Shown here: positions 45,925-57,288 of the stretch, piece by piece
Layout of the letters: every line of letters starts with the position of its first letter
Numbering within the stretch: the first letter of the stretch is position 1
NCBI GenBank assembly: GCA_001179505.1
Contig: CDMY01000528.1
Span: forward strand, 1 to 57,288
Direction of reading: 5' to 3'
Origin: Vitrella brassicaformis CCMP3155
Taxonomy: Eukaryota > Protista > Chromerida
Length of the DNA stretch: 57,288 nt
Made by a program: the position numbers and the translations under genes
Notes under the pieces: model-generated
Told to the model about the DNA's origin: nothing
The model's database searches: none
The model's input: only the letters and a program-made list of their open reading frames with translations

Positions 45925-48775
45925 ATGCACCTACTGATAGCGCGAGGCCTCATCCTTCAAGCATCTTTACCGGTGCTCTCACACGGGGCTGTCCATGCTC
46001 ACGCTCACGGCCTTCGAGCTCTTGCGTTTTTCGCGCGATGCCGGGTGCTCAAGAAGAAGATCAAACCGCACACGAGGGACACTCAGAAAGGAAGATCTTG
46101 CAGACAGAGGTGAGGTTGGCGGCCTGCAGCCATGATTGATTGATTGATTCATTCACTGGTTGTTTGCTTGCGTTTGCTTGTGTTGTGTGTGCTGTATGTG
46201 TTCATTTGCAGTGCTGTGCGGACAGAGGAGGCGCCATTCCATGCGGGAGAGGTGTGTGTGGGCGCACTGCGGAGGATCTATGACAGGCGAGGCCGGGGCA
46301 ATGCTGAGAACGCAGTCAAGAAGGCGATTGCCCAGCTGGGAGATCATGAGCAGAAGGTGCCTCTGTCTGTCTGGTGACGACGCCTGACTGCATGGCCATC
46401 CACTTGTGTGTGTGTGTGTGTGTGTGTGTGTGTCTGCAGGACCCAGTTTCGCGTGCCTTCGTTGCCGACTCGGTGCTGGGTGTGGTGGTCAGGTGGCTGA
46501 CGCTTCACTTTGTGCTGGTGACGCTGCTCACATCGGTGGCACAAAGCGAAGCGGCGGCAGGTCCGCATGACGCATAAGTAAAAGTAGTGGGGGTGCCGGT
46601 TCTTCTGTAATACATGCAGGTGCATTATCGCGAGAGGGGAATGGCCTGTCTGCAGCCGATGTCGGTGTCCTTAATGGTTTCCAGAGGTATCCACTCGTGT
46701 ACCAGCCACGTACGCGTGCAGGTTGACACACACACACTTCCCTCTGTGTGTGTCAGGCCAGGAGAGGGCAAGGCGTATGAGGGCCTCACAGCAGAGGGGA
46801 GGGACTTCCTGGTCCGTGCTCTGCTGCTCATCTATTGGGACACTTTCATGCCGGCACACCTGCGCGGCTGCTGTGGCCCCAAAAGCAGAGATGGCCAGGT
46901 GCGTCGTGATGCACATTCGCACGCCCCCAGTGTGTGCGCTTTGAGTGCCTGGATCGGTGTACGGTGCGCAGGCGGCCTTCCTCGACGGCAGGAGTGCAGA
47001 GGATGAGTCGAGAAGGGCCCTTGCCGAGGCGATTGTCGATGCGCAACGACAGATGTGCACAGATCAGCTGCTTGCAGGGTTGGCAGTGCACACACGGACT
47101 CTATGTGTCTCTCTATGTATATGTGTGTGTGTTCATGCACACAGGCAGCCTCTGTGGGTACGCAGCAGCCTTCCCGAGTGGCTGGTCAGCAAGTGGGAGT
47201 CCGAGTACGGCACCGAGACGGCCGAGATGGTCGCCATGGCATCCTGCCAGCGGGGCACGACGACACTCAGGCATGTATGTGCTGACGAATGGAATCATAT
47301 GGATCGACTCTGTATCTTGTGCCGTGTGTGGGTGTCTGTGTGGGCGCAGGGTGAACAGTCTCAAGACGACGCGCGAGGCCTTTCTCGCCTCCCTTCGTGA
47401 ACGCAATGTGAACGCCTCGCCGACTAAGACGTCGCCATACGGCGTCACGCTCGAGGTGCCGCACACACATCCATACCATATAGAAACGTGGATCTCTCTC
47501 CCTCTGTCTGTCTGCAGGCAAGGCGGCCGCGTGGCGTGTCATTGCGTGAGCTGGGCGGCTGGCACTCGGGCGATTTCGAATTGCAGGTGCGTCGACTCGA
47601 CGCACCGACCACCGTGCCTCCATCTATCTAGACAGATGTGTGTGTGTCAGGATGAGGGCTCCCAGCTGATTGCGTGTGCGTGTCGACAGCTGGACGGCCC
47701 GCAGGCGGCCACCAGTCCACTAATCATCGACCTGTGTGCAGGTAGGGATGGATGGAGGGATGGACATCCACTCGTACGGTACCTGTGTGTGTGTTGTCCT
47801 GGTGCGATGAGAGCAGGAAGGGGCGGGAAGACGCTCGCCTTGGCGGCCATGTACCCGTCCGGGAGGATCTACGCATACGACACCGACCACACACGACTCG
47901 ATGACATAGAGGTCTAACACATGATTATACCGATCCATCCGACAGACCGAACAATCGGTGTCTGTCTCTCTTTGTGTCAACCTTGGGTGTGCACAACCCT
48001 ACAGTGGCGGCTGCCGCGGTCGCACGCCAGCTCGTGTGTGTCAGTGGTGAGAGATGGGCAGCAACTGGCGGCTCTGAAGGTGCGCAAGGCAATAAAGGCC
48101 ACACAGTCAGCGAACCGGTATGTGAATCCTGTGTGTGTGATGTGAATGACGTGTGAAGGGCAAGGCCGACATTGTGTTGGTGGACGCTCCCTGCTCGTCA
48201 CTCGGGGCCCTCAGAAGACACCCAGGGTGCATACCTCCCGCCGCACTGAGAAAAGCCACGCCATCCATCCATCCATCCTGCGCTCTTCTCGTGCATTGAA
48301 TGCAGTCTTCGGTGGCAGCTCAACCAGACGGAGACCACACTGCCGGCACTGCAGACGGCCATTTTGCGTAAGTAAGAGTGAATGGAATGGCCACACACAC
48401 AAACCCATGTGAGCATCCATTTTGTTCATTCAGTTGGCGCCCGTGATTATGTGCGTCCGGGCGGCCTGCTGGTGTACGCCACCTGCGCCCTCTCCCGGCA
48501 CGAGAACGACCACGTGGCTGCCGTGATGGACCGACAGAGCGGCTTTGCCCCCTGCCCATGCCCACTGCTGACCAGTAAACAGGCAGTAATACACTGCGAT
48601 GGATCACGTATGGATGTCGGTGTGTTTGTGTGCAGGTGCAATTAATGCTGGCGAGTTGTGTGGGGAGGTGGGTCGGTCGGGCCACTGCACGCTCTTCCCC
48701 AGCGGCGGTGGTGGCACCGATGGGTTCTTTGTGGCGAGATGGACGAGGGAGGACACTGGAGTGGCAGAGATGTGA
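45925..48775 (+). CDS. rsmB: RsmB/Sun (NOL1/NOP2/Sun family) RNA m5C methyltransferase with N-terminal extension
   Basis: Spliced motifs SLPEWLVSKW, TLR|VNSLK, ELQ|DEGSQL, IIDLCA..GGKT, YAYD, DIVLVDAPCS (motif IV), LLVYATCA (motif VI), TDGFFVARW; both catalytic-type Cys present. Confidence 0.88.
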
Positions 48776-49138
48776 TTATTGAGCACTAGTAGCCCGACAG
48801 ACAGACAGACAGACAGGTGCCTGATACCACAATGGGATCATCCCGTGTCGGTCATATGAATTGTCTCGTTTGGTGTGGTGAGCAACATCGATCAGCCTTG
48901 TGTATATCATGCATTTGCATGCCTGCGTGTGTATCTGATGGATGGACCACACGACGTTAAATCCAGTGAAAAGTTCTGGATGAATGGAGTGGTAAAGTAC
49001 TCATGTGTCCTCCGCCACTATCATTCTCTCTATCTTTCCATGTGCCGACGAGGGCCATGATGGGCCAGGTGCCGGCACACAGCCGAAGGCCACCTGCTCA
49101 AGAGTCAGAGGGAGCCGGAGAGCCAGAGTCAGACGTCA

Positions 49139-50534
49139 TCACCATCCGTCCTCCATATCGTCATCATCGCCATCGAAATCTGCATTACACACACAGATGA
49201 TAGAGAAAGACGCCATCCGTCCATCCATCCATCCATTCATCCACCTTACTCGGAAGTGGCCCCCTTGGAGACACAGCGCCCCAGTCATCGTCAGAGTCTA
49301 TTGGCGAGATACCCGATTGCACCGGGCCGCCCGATTGCGGCGGGCCGGCCTTCATTCGGGCGGCCATCGTCTTCTCGGCGCGCTTCTCGGCCTCATCAGC
49401 CACGAGGAACGCAATCTTCCACACGAAGCTGATTGATGGACACAGCACATGCACACCACTCGTGGATACATTTTGGGGGCCGTTTCGTGTGTGGGTCGAG
49501 TGATGAAATCAGACCTGTTTGGCATGGCCTGCAGGTCCTTGGCCATCTCGGCCCACTTGCGATCGGGTGCACCCTTGAGCTTGCGGGAAATGGTCTCGGC
49601 AGCACGCGTCAGCGGAAAACCCTCACTCTCCTTCATAAACAGATGCATAGGGTCTGTCTGTCTGTTAGCAGCACACAAACATACCATGATGTTCGACAGT
49701 CTGGTGACAAGGCTGGCGATCTCCGCCACCTCCAGCCTGTGAATATGCTCGTATATGGTCGTCAGATATATGGTCGTCAGAACGGTCTCAGCAACCCCGT
49801 GCAAGTGCGGCTCCGCACACGCCAGCTCAGCCAGGCGAACCACAGGCATGCTGTGGAGCTCGTTATCACTCTCCCACTGCCGGAAATGGCCCTCCAACAC
49901 CCGCACAACCATCTTCCGCACCCATGGCCTCTCGAAGAACTTGGGGTTGAGAAGCACCAGATAGCTCACGTGGTCGGCGGTGAGAGAGCGATGGTTACGA
50001 GCCATTGTCTCGAGGATGGCGTCGGCGAATGTGTCGAGCTGCAGGTAGTTGCAGAGCTTCAGCAGGGCCAGCACACTCCTAGGGTCAGAGTCCAGCGAGT
50101 CGACGTCATTCAGAGGGGGAGGCGCCGAGACAGGGTCGTGAGGCCCGGTTCTCTGTGCCATCCTTTCGATGTGAAGAGCCAGGGAGGAATGGTCCGTGCG
50201 AGGAGCTTCGGGATGCAACAACCGCTCGACTGCACGGAGGCACACAAAATCAACACAAGCAAGGGTCTCTGCATGGCTTGCTGTCGTCGACTTGAGCAAG
50301 GGCGAAGAGTTGCATGAGGTGGCAGTAGGTGAGAGGGTCCACCTCGGGCAGCGTGACGGTCTGCTGCTCCTTCTCTCTGCGATGGCCCTCGCCGTCGAGG
50401 AGGCACGAGAAGAAGGGGTACTTGACGAGATCGCTCTTAAGCGAGAAGAACGTTTGCTGCTTGCCGTCGCGGCCCACGACCACCTTCACCACGCCCTCCT
50501 CACAGTCTGACGCAGCCCCGGGCTGAGCCATCAT
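49139..50534 (-). CDS. BTB/POZ-domain protein with acidic terminal mini-exon
   Basis: VKVVVGRDGKQQTFFSLKSDLVKYPFFSCLLDG..EKEQQTVTLPEVDPLTYCHLMQLF followed by VLALLKLCNYLQLDTFADAI (BTB fold pattern); last exon (N)FDGDDDDMEDGW* by phase-1 splicing. Confidence 0.8.
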
Positions 50535-50821
50535 CGATGGGGACGGTCCCTGCAGGCACGATACATGTATATACATGATGAAGGCAATGGCATACAGAAG
50601 CACTTCTGAATCATTACCTGATGCTGCCTCTATTGTGCTGCCCTGCGCGTGCCAGTGTCCACAGCCGCGCTGCGAAGGCCCCCAGGTCGAGACGGGGGCG
50701 AACAGAAAGCTCGCAGTCTTCCTCAAGGAGCGCATCCCCGGCCTCCCACTGTACTCTATGTGGCCTCATGAGTCACTCACTGCGCTGAGTTTGCTTTTCG
50801 GAGTGATTTCCTGACCTCGGG

Positions 50822-52941
50822 ATGGGCGACAAGGTGGGTGGCTGATGGCGGCTCTCATTTCAGTGTGATCATGCCGTTCTTGTGTGCGTGCAGGGGTATT
50901 TCACCGAGCAGGACGCCTACCACATTTTCCGGGACGTCTTTCTCCGACGGCGTGACTATGGGGGAGCGGACCCCTTCGAGGGCATAAGCCTGCAGAGGCA
51001 CGTCGGGGCGCTTCGCAACGGGTCAGTGAGGGTCACTTCACTGTGGGCGTGTGGAGGTGCACACCGACGGACACACCGCACGCGCGTCTTCATCGTTGTG
51101 TGTGTGTGTGTGTGTGCAGTTTCTTGACGAACAAGCTGTACAGGAAGGAGCTCGAGAAGATCAGCCTGTTTGAGGATCCCACGGCGTTGCGCCCGCCACC
51201 CCCCCGTCCGAAGTCACCAGGATCCCGGTCATCATCCCCACCAGCAGCAGCTCCGACGCCGACAACACCGCCCACTCTACCTCTGCCCACAAGGGTATGT
51301 ATGTGTGTATGTCCGTGGCCACAGCCGACGAGCCATTCATTTCCCCAGTCAGTCTGCAGCCTCTCCTGTGTGTGTCGTGTGTATCACATCAGAGTGGTGA
51401 CGGTCGCCGTCGCCAACGCCATCACCCCGGCGATGAGCCGCTGGACTTCTCTTCGTTGCCCGAGCTGGAGGACAAAGGCAGCGACATCGACGAGGAGAAG
51501 GACCAAGGTGAGAGAGTGAGGGAAGGAAGAAAGAGTGTGTTGGGGGTGTGTGGACGGACATTCCTCCGTTCATTCGGTGATGGGTGTGTGTGTGTTCCGG
51601 CCTGCCTGTGGCTGTCACGTCAGGCTGCCTCTCCCCATCTGGACACCGAGACTCGTCGGCAACAAACACGACGCGGGCGTCGACAAGCGAGAGCGACAAC
51701 TCACCCACGGCGCCCAACGTACCTATGCAACCCCACACCAACAGACAGAGAGGCGCACCCACACGCACGAAGCGCGGCGCTTCCTTTGTTTGTTCCCCTT
51801 TCCCTCAGGCCGACCGGTCGCCGCCCACACTGCCCTCGCCGGTTAAGGTGAGTGAGAAGGAGAGTTTCCGTGTGCTTGGGGGTGCTATGTGTGCACGTGT
51901 GGCGTGTGTGTGTGTGTGTGTGTGGTTCTTGTGCAGACACAAGAGGCTGCTCGCTCGGCTGATCGGAAGACCTCTTCGCGCAGCCCAAACACCGATGTGA
52001 GCCGAGTGCATGTGTGTGGGTGGGTGGGGGCGAGTGACCGTGCTGTTTGGCCGTCCACTGTGTGTGTGCGCGTCGCGTCTTCGTGTGTGTGTGCAGGCCG
52101 TGGTGCGCGAGATGGAGAACACCTACGAAAACACCTACATTCTCAAGTGGGAGCAGGGCAGTCCCAAGCGCGTCGAGGTCGCCGGTAAGCGCATTTACCC
52201 CCCCCCCCCNNNNNNNNNNNNNNNNNNNNNNNNNNNNNNNNNNNNNNNNNNNNNNNNNNNNNNNNNNNNNNNNNNNNNNNNNNNNNNNNNNNNNNNNNNN
52301 NNNNNNNNNNNNNNNNNNNNNNNNNNNNNNNNNNNNNNNNNNNNNNNNNNNNNNNNNNNNNNNNNNNNNNNNNNNNNNNNNNNNNNNNNNNNNNNNNNNN
52401 NNNNNNNNNNNNNNNNNNNNNNNNNNNNNNNNNNNNNNNNNNNNNNNNNNNNNNNNNNNNNNNNNNNNNNNNNNNNNNNNNNNNNNNNNNNNNNNNNNNN
52501 NNNNNNNNNACACACACCGACATACACACACGCATTCAGCTGCACGTCTATGGCTGGATCGATCAGGCTCATTCACAGAGCCGCCGTGGGTGAGAAGGAT
52601 GCCGCTCGCATACTGCCCACGGTCAGTCAATGAGTGAGTGAGAAGGAATGAGCCATCAAAAACATGGGTCTGCACACCTGTTTGTGTGTGTGTGCATGGA
52701 CTTGCAGAACGTCCACCTACTGGATCTCGCTACAAGAAGCCGTCCCGGAGCTGCGGCCCGGTACCTGCTCACACACACGTGAAAATGTCCGACGAGCAAC
52801 GTGGGTGTGTGTGTGCGCGTCCGTGTGTGGGCCATCAACATGTGAGCAGGGTCATATCAGTTCAAGTATGTCGTCGACGGCGAGTGGAAATGCGACATGT
52901 CGCTGCCCACACAAGACGTAAGTGCCGTCATGCAACACACA

Positions 52942-52974
<33 letters not shown>

Positions 52975-53019
52975 GCACATAGACACACGCACGAACACAC
53001 ACATGGGTCCATGCATTTA

Positions 53020-53066
<47 letters not shown>

Positions 53067-53742
53067 GATGGCAACGGGCATATCAACAACCTCCTCGTGT
53101 GTCCAACCTTCATGCGCAAGCGATCCTCAAGACGTTTCAAGTAACCACACACAAACACACATTCACACAAGCACACGCGCACACAAGTACATGAATACCT
53201 CTCTCTCTCTGCACACACGTCCACCCACCCATCCAAACAGGCGCTATGCGACAGAGGAGGGCGCTGGTCCCCGGCAGGAGGACTCGTCCACACACACCTG
53301 TCCAGAAGCAGCCAGAGGGATCGGTCTCCGCCCTGCAGACCTGCCAGGCATCAACACACCGGTACCCCCCCCCCCCCCCCCCCCCCNNNNNNNNNNNNNN
53401 NNNNNNNNNNNNNNNNNNNNNNNNNNNNNNNNNNNNNNNNNNNNNNNNNNNNNNNNNNNNNNNNNNNNNNNNNNNNNNNNNNNNNNNNNNNNNNNNNNNN
53501 NNNNNNNNNNNNNNNNNNNNNNNNNNNNNNNNNNNNNNNNNNNNNNNNNNNNNNNNNNNNNNNNNNNNNNNNNNNNNNNNNNNNNNNNNNNNNNNNNNNN
53601 NNNNNNNNNNNNNNNNNNNNNNNNNNNNNNNNNNNNNNNNNNNNNNNNNNNNNNNNNNNNNNNNNNNNNNNNNNNNNNNNNNNNNNCACACACACACACA
53701 CACACAACCGCACAACCGCACCCACTCACACGCACTCGCCCA

Positions 53743-53780
<38 letters not shown>

Positions 53781-56700
53781 TGTCCTTGCGTCAGCAGCAG
53801 CATGAGGATCGGCAGCAGGAGGGTCAGTCGTCTGCCTCTGCGTCTGGTGCTGCCGCTGCTGACGATGAGGGCCCTTCGGAGACCGACTTAGACATAGAGC
53901 CGCTCCAACTGCAGGGCAAGGGATGGGCCCGAAGACGGTCAGTCAACCAAACCAGCACCGTTGCGGCCCACACATGTGTGTGTGTTGGTGTGTGCAGGGC
54001 GTCTGTGGGTACGCCGAATGCGGGTGGTGCAGCTTCGAGCTCGGGCACTGCTGGGGGGCTCCGAAGAACGTCGGGAGGTCTGCGCAGATGGTCGGCCGTG
54101 GCCACCACTGACGCACTCGGGTACGTCTGCAGCCTCCCCCCCCCACCACCCCGGCCCACAGCAAAACTGTGTGTGCGTGTGTGTGTGTGTGCAGGCTCCG
54201 CGGCTCTCTCGCCCCGCCCAGCCCTCTGAACGTACTTACACCCCAGACACAGCGCCCAAACAGTGTCTATATCTCTGTGTGTGTGTGTGTGTGTGTCGGT
54301 GTGGATGGATGGATGGCTGCAGGCACTGACGCGGTCTCGGGCCAACACGTACGACAACGCCATCGAGCACCAGCAACAGCAGCACGCCCAGAACCGCGAC
54401 GATGAGCTGTTCCCTGGCGGAGATGCCGACAAGGCGGCCATCACCAGGTGCGTGGGTGTGTGGACATAGAGAGAGGAGCTTGATTGTGTGTGTGTGTGTG
54501 TCTTCTGTGCGTGTATAGGTGTCCTTCCGCGTACCAGCCGTCGAACCTCTCCCTGCGTGAGGACCGGCTCAGGCGCGTCGCCTCCCTGTAAGTGCTCGTT
54601 GTCTGTTGCGGACAGACAGCACATTCTATGTATGGGGGTGTGTTGCTGTGTGCGTTATGGTCTTGTGGTCTGCAGGTCTTTGAACCACCAGTGGCCGGAG
54701 TCGGTGACGGGCCACCTGCACCCGCCCGAAGTGCTCATCGACCTGCACATGCCCGTAGGTGCACTGTCACTGTCCATCGACACACATGAGTGCTGTGTGT
54801 ATGTGTATATGTGTGTGTGTGTGTGTGTCTGTTTGCAGGACGCCCGTCTGAGCACCAAGTTGCGCCTGATTGCGGGAGCCTTCATGTGCGTCTGTCTCTT
54901 GCACCCCCCAGACCAACCACACCAGACACGCACTGCCGTCCACCCATCCATCCATTCATCTCTCTCTCCCTCTCTGTGCGTGTGTGTGTGTGTGTGTGTG
55001 CAGGATCCCTCACCCCGAGAAGGTCGAGACGGGCGGTGCCGACGCGTATTTCATATGCGAGATCGCCGGTAGGCACACCCCTCCATCCATCCATCCATCC
55101 ATGTGTGTGTGTGTGGGTGGGTGTAGGCGGTGGTGCCGTTGGTGTGGCTGACGGTGTTGGCGAGTGGGACTCGTTCGGCCTCAACCCCAAGATGTTCGCC
55201 GACGAGCTGATGCTGGGGTGCCAGCACGCCGCCATCCTGGCACTCACTGACGGGGACAGGCCCACCTCCACACCCACATCGGCTGCAGCTGCTGCCGCTG
55301 GTTCTGCTTCGGCTTCGTCGAGCGCTGCTTCCGCTGCTTCCGGTGCAGCTGCACAAGAGAAAGACTCCTCTGGTACCCTTACACACACACACACACACAC
55401 ACCCCACCGACACACGGAGGGTGCAAACAAACAGGCTCGCCGACCTGCTCACTGACCCCACTCTCATCGGCATCGACGGCCTCGTCCAAGACCCATCGGC
55501 CAGCCCCGAGCAACGGCAACGGCGGCAGCAATGGCGACAGTGGCAACACTGGCACGATGGACGAGGGCGCTGCTGGCGATGGGGCGGAGGGTTCTGGTGG
55601 CTCTGGTGGTGTCATTGGCAGTGCTGGCGGCGCTGGTGGTGGCAGTGAGATTGTGGTTGTCGAGGAGGGCGAGACCTACCTGGAGGAGATCAAGCGCATG
55701 GACCTGCCGCCCGAGGAGATCGCCCTCAGGTAAGAACATTCTGTCTGTGTGTGTGAGTGTGTTGACGGAGGGAAGGGATGGCTGGGGTGTGTGTGTGTGT
55801 GTGTGTGTGCAGGATGTTGCAATACGGGTACACCTGCACCCGCTCCTACGGCTCATCCACGGCACTTGTCGCACATCTCGACAAGAAGGTCAGAGACAGT
55901 TCTTTCTTCACACATCCATCCATCCATCTGTGTGTGTGTGTGTGTGTGCAGGGCGAGAAGCTGGGCGTCGCCAACCTCGGCGACTCGAGCATGATCCTCC
56001 TCCGGTAAGTCAGGCAAGGCACCTGCCTCCATCCATCCATCCATCCATCCATGTGTGTGTCTTGTGTGTGTGTGTGGGCGCTGCACATGCAGGCGGCAGA
56101 AGGTCTACAGCATGACGGTTGTGGAGCGGACCAAGGAGCAGCAGCACTCGTGGAACTGCCCATACCAGGTGTGTGGCTGTCTGTCTGTCTGTCTGGATGG
56201 ATGGATGGATGGATGTGTGTGTGCAGCTCTCTCGACTCCCTGACGAGAGCCGATACGAAGAGCTCGAGAGGGAGGGCAAGGTGCGCTCTCACACACACAC
56301 GCAGAGAGAGGGCACACACACAGATGGATGGATGGATGGAAGTGTGTGTGACCTGCCTGTACTGTGTGCACCATCATCAGGAGACGCTCGTCAGCGTGTG
56401 CAAGAATGCCAGGCAGAGGAGGGACGGCGTCATCCCTGAGGTATGTGTGGATGTCACGTGCGCACACAACACACACCAAGCCACCTTCCCTCTCCCTCTC
56501 CCTCTCTCTCTGTGTCTGTGATGCGCGCAGGACAAGCCGGAGATGGCGCAGCTCTACTCGGTCAATGTCCGCGAAGGGGATCTTCTCATCCTGGGCACAG
56601 ATGGTACACTCCTCTCACACACACTGACATGCACACAGCCCAGCCACACACATGCATTCGGTTATGTTAATGCGCCGCGCCCCGGTGTGTGCAGGCGTGT

Positions 56701-57146
56701 TCGACAACCTCTTCGACTATGAGATCTGCAACATCGCCAATCTGGCCCTCTCACCCTACGAGTCCCTGGTGGGCAAATGCCCACAGACACACATACACAC
56801 ACACACACACACAGACAGAGAGAGAGAGAGGGGCACATATGTGTACGTTTGTGTGTGTGTTTGCAGGTGCTCCACGAGAAGTCTCTCGTCACCCCTGCCC
56901 GCAATGTTGCCATCGCCATTGCAGAGGCAGCGCGGCACAAGAGGTACACACACACACACACACACACAAAGCAAAGCCCATCCATCCATCCATCCATACA
57001 TATGTTTCTCCCTCTTCGTTGCTGGCTGCAGCAAGGACCCGCTGTCCCGCTCGCCCTTCGCCAAGAGCGCCCGGCAGAACCACACCCACTACATGGGCGG
57101 CAAGCTCGACGACATCACGGTCATCGCCGCCTGGGTCATTCGCTGA
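50822..57146 (+). CDS. PTC7: PTC7/PPTC7-type PP2C phosphatase fused to an AMPK-beta-like CBM48 carbohydrate-binding module (5' end uncertain; two gaps inside)
   Basis: CBM: YILKWEQG..VEVAG|..GSFTEPPW..M..|..LRPG|SYQFKYVVDGEWKCDMSLPTQD|DGNGHINNLL. PP2C: IPHPEKVETGGADAYF..VGVADGVGEW..YGSSTA..VANLGDSS..QQHSWNCPYQL..GDLLILGTD|GVFDNLF..GGKLDDITV. Intervening low-complexity exons splice in phase outside the N gaps. Confidence 0.82.
52210..52509. other. Assembly gap (300 N) following a poly-C tract
   Basis: Run of N inside an intron of the CBM48-PP2C gene. Confidence 1.
52935..53062 (+). repeat. Intronic compound microsatellite inverted repeat (AC)12(AG)8 ... (CT)8(GT)13
   Basis: Arms 52935-52974 and 53021-53060 are exact reverse complements within intron 52918-53066. 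Confidence 0.9.
53387..53686. other. Assembly gap (300 N) following a poly-C tract
   Basis: Run of N after ~22 C. Confidence 1.
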
Positions 57147-57288
57147 TTGATGGATGACGTGACCTGACCCACACAACGAGCGGTGGTCATGGACGTCTCT
57201 ATGGACTCATTTGCCAATATGTCGGCACGTAACCGAGGGAAGCGGTATGGATGGATGGAGGAGGGGGGGAGGGAGGGAGGGGGGGGGG

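Noticed and set aside
53142-53144. TAA ending a stand-alone CBM48 gene
   Set aside because: The site is also a donor (AA|GTAACC) that splices in phase to the next exon (KRYATEEG) and onward; a fused gene is more parsimonious, pending cDNA.
1-57288. CRISPR array, rRNA, prokaryotic operon or phage genes
   Set aside because: No repeat-spacer periodicity or rRNA signature; all recognisable genes are spliced eukaryotic genes.

Overview
Eukaryotic, intron-dense genomic window with GC-rich exons and short GT-AG introns packed with (CA)n/(GA)n/(CT)n/(GT)n/(GGAT)n/(GACA)n. The style fits a chromerid alveolate such as Vitrella brassicaformis; this is inference, no search was run. Most ORFs in the six-frame track are exon fragments or microsatellite artefacts, so gene models were assembled by hand from splice sites and phases. 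Single-copy genes, in order: a protein with a tandemly duplicated unknown domain (plus an upstream repeat-motif ORF), a UVSSA homologue apparently lacking its C-terminal half, a Pho80/PCL-type cyclin, an ER-type DnaJ, a Cys-form SelJ/J1-crystallin (ADP-ribosylglycohydrolase fold), a hypothetical protein, an IQ-motif protein, a multi-pass membrane LRR + EF-hand protein, an RsmB/Sun m5C methyltransferase, a BTB protein, and a CBM48 + PTC7-type PP2C fusion. The dominant accessory feature is six dispersed copies (A-F) of one lineage-specific family with an F-box-like N-terminus, a conserved core with hypervariable loops, swappable 5' exons and acidic 3' mini-exons. One acidic exon is shared with the unrelated BTB gene. 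Copy B looks intact, A is in frame only if its last intron is retained, and C-F carry stops or frameshifts. A second notable signal is intron polarity: (AC)n(AG)n near donors and (CT)n(GT)n near acceptors, including one perfect 40-bp intron-spanning stem. There are three 300-N assembly gaps. No CRISPR array, rRNA, intact tRNA or transposase was recognised.
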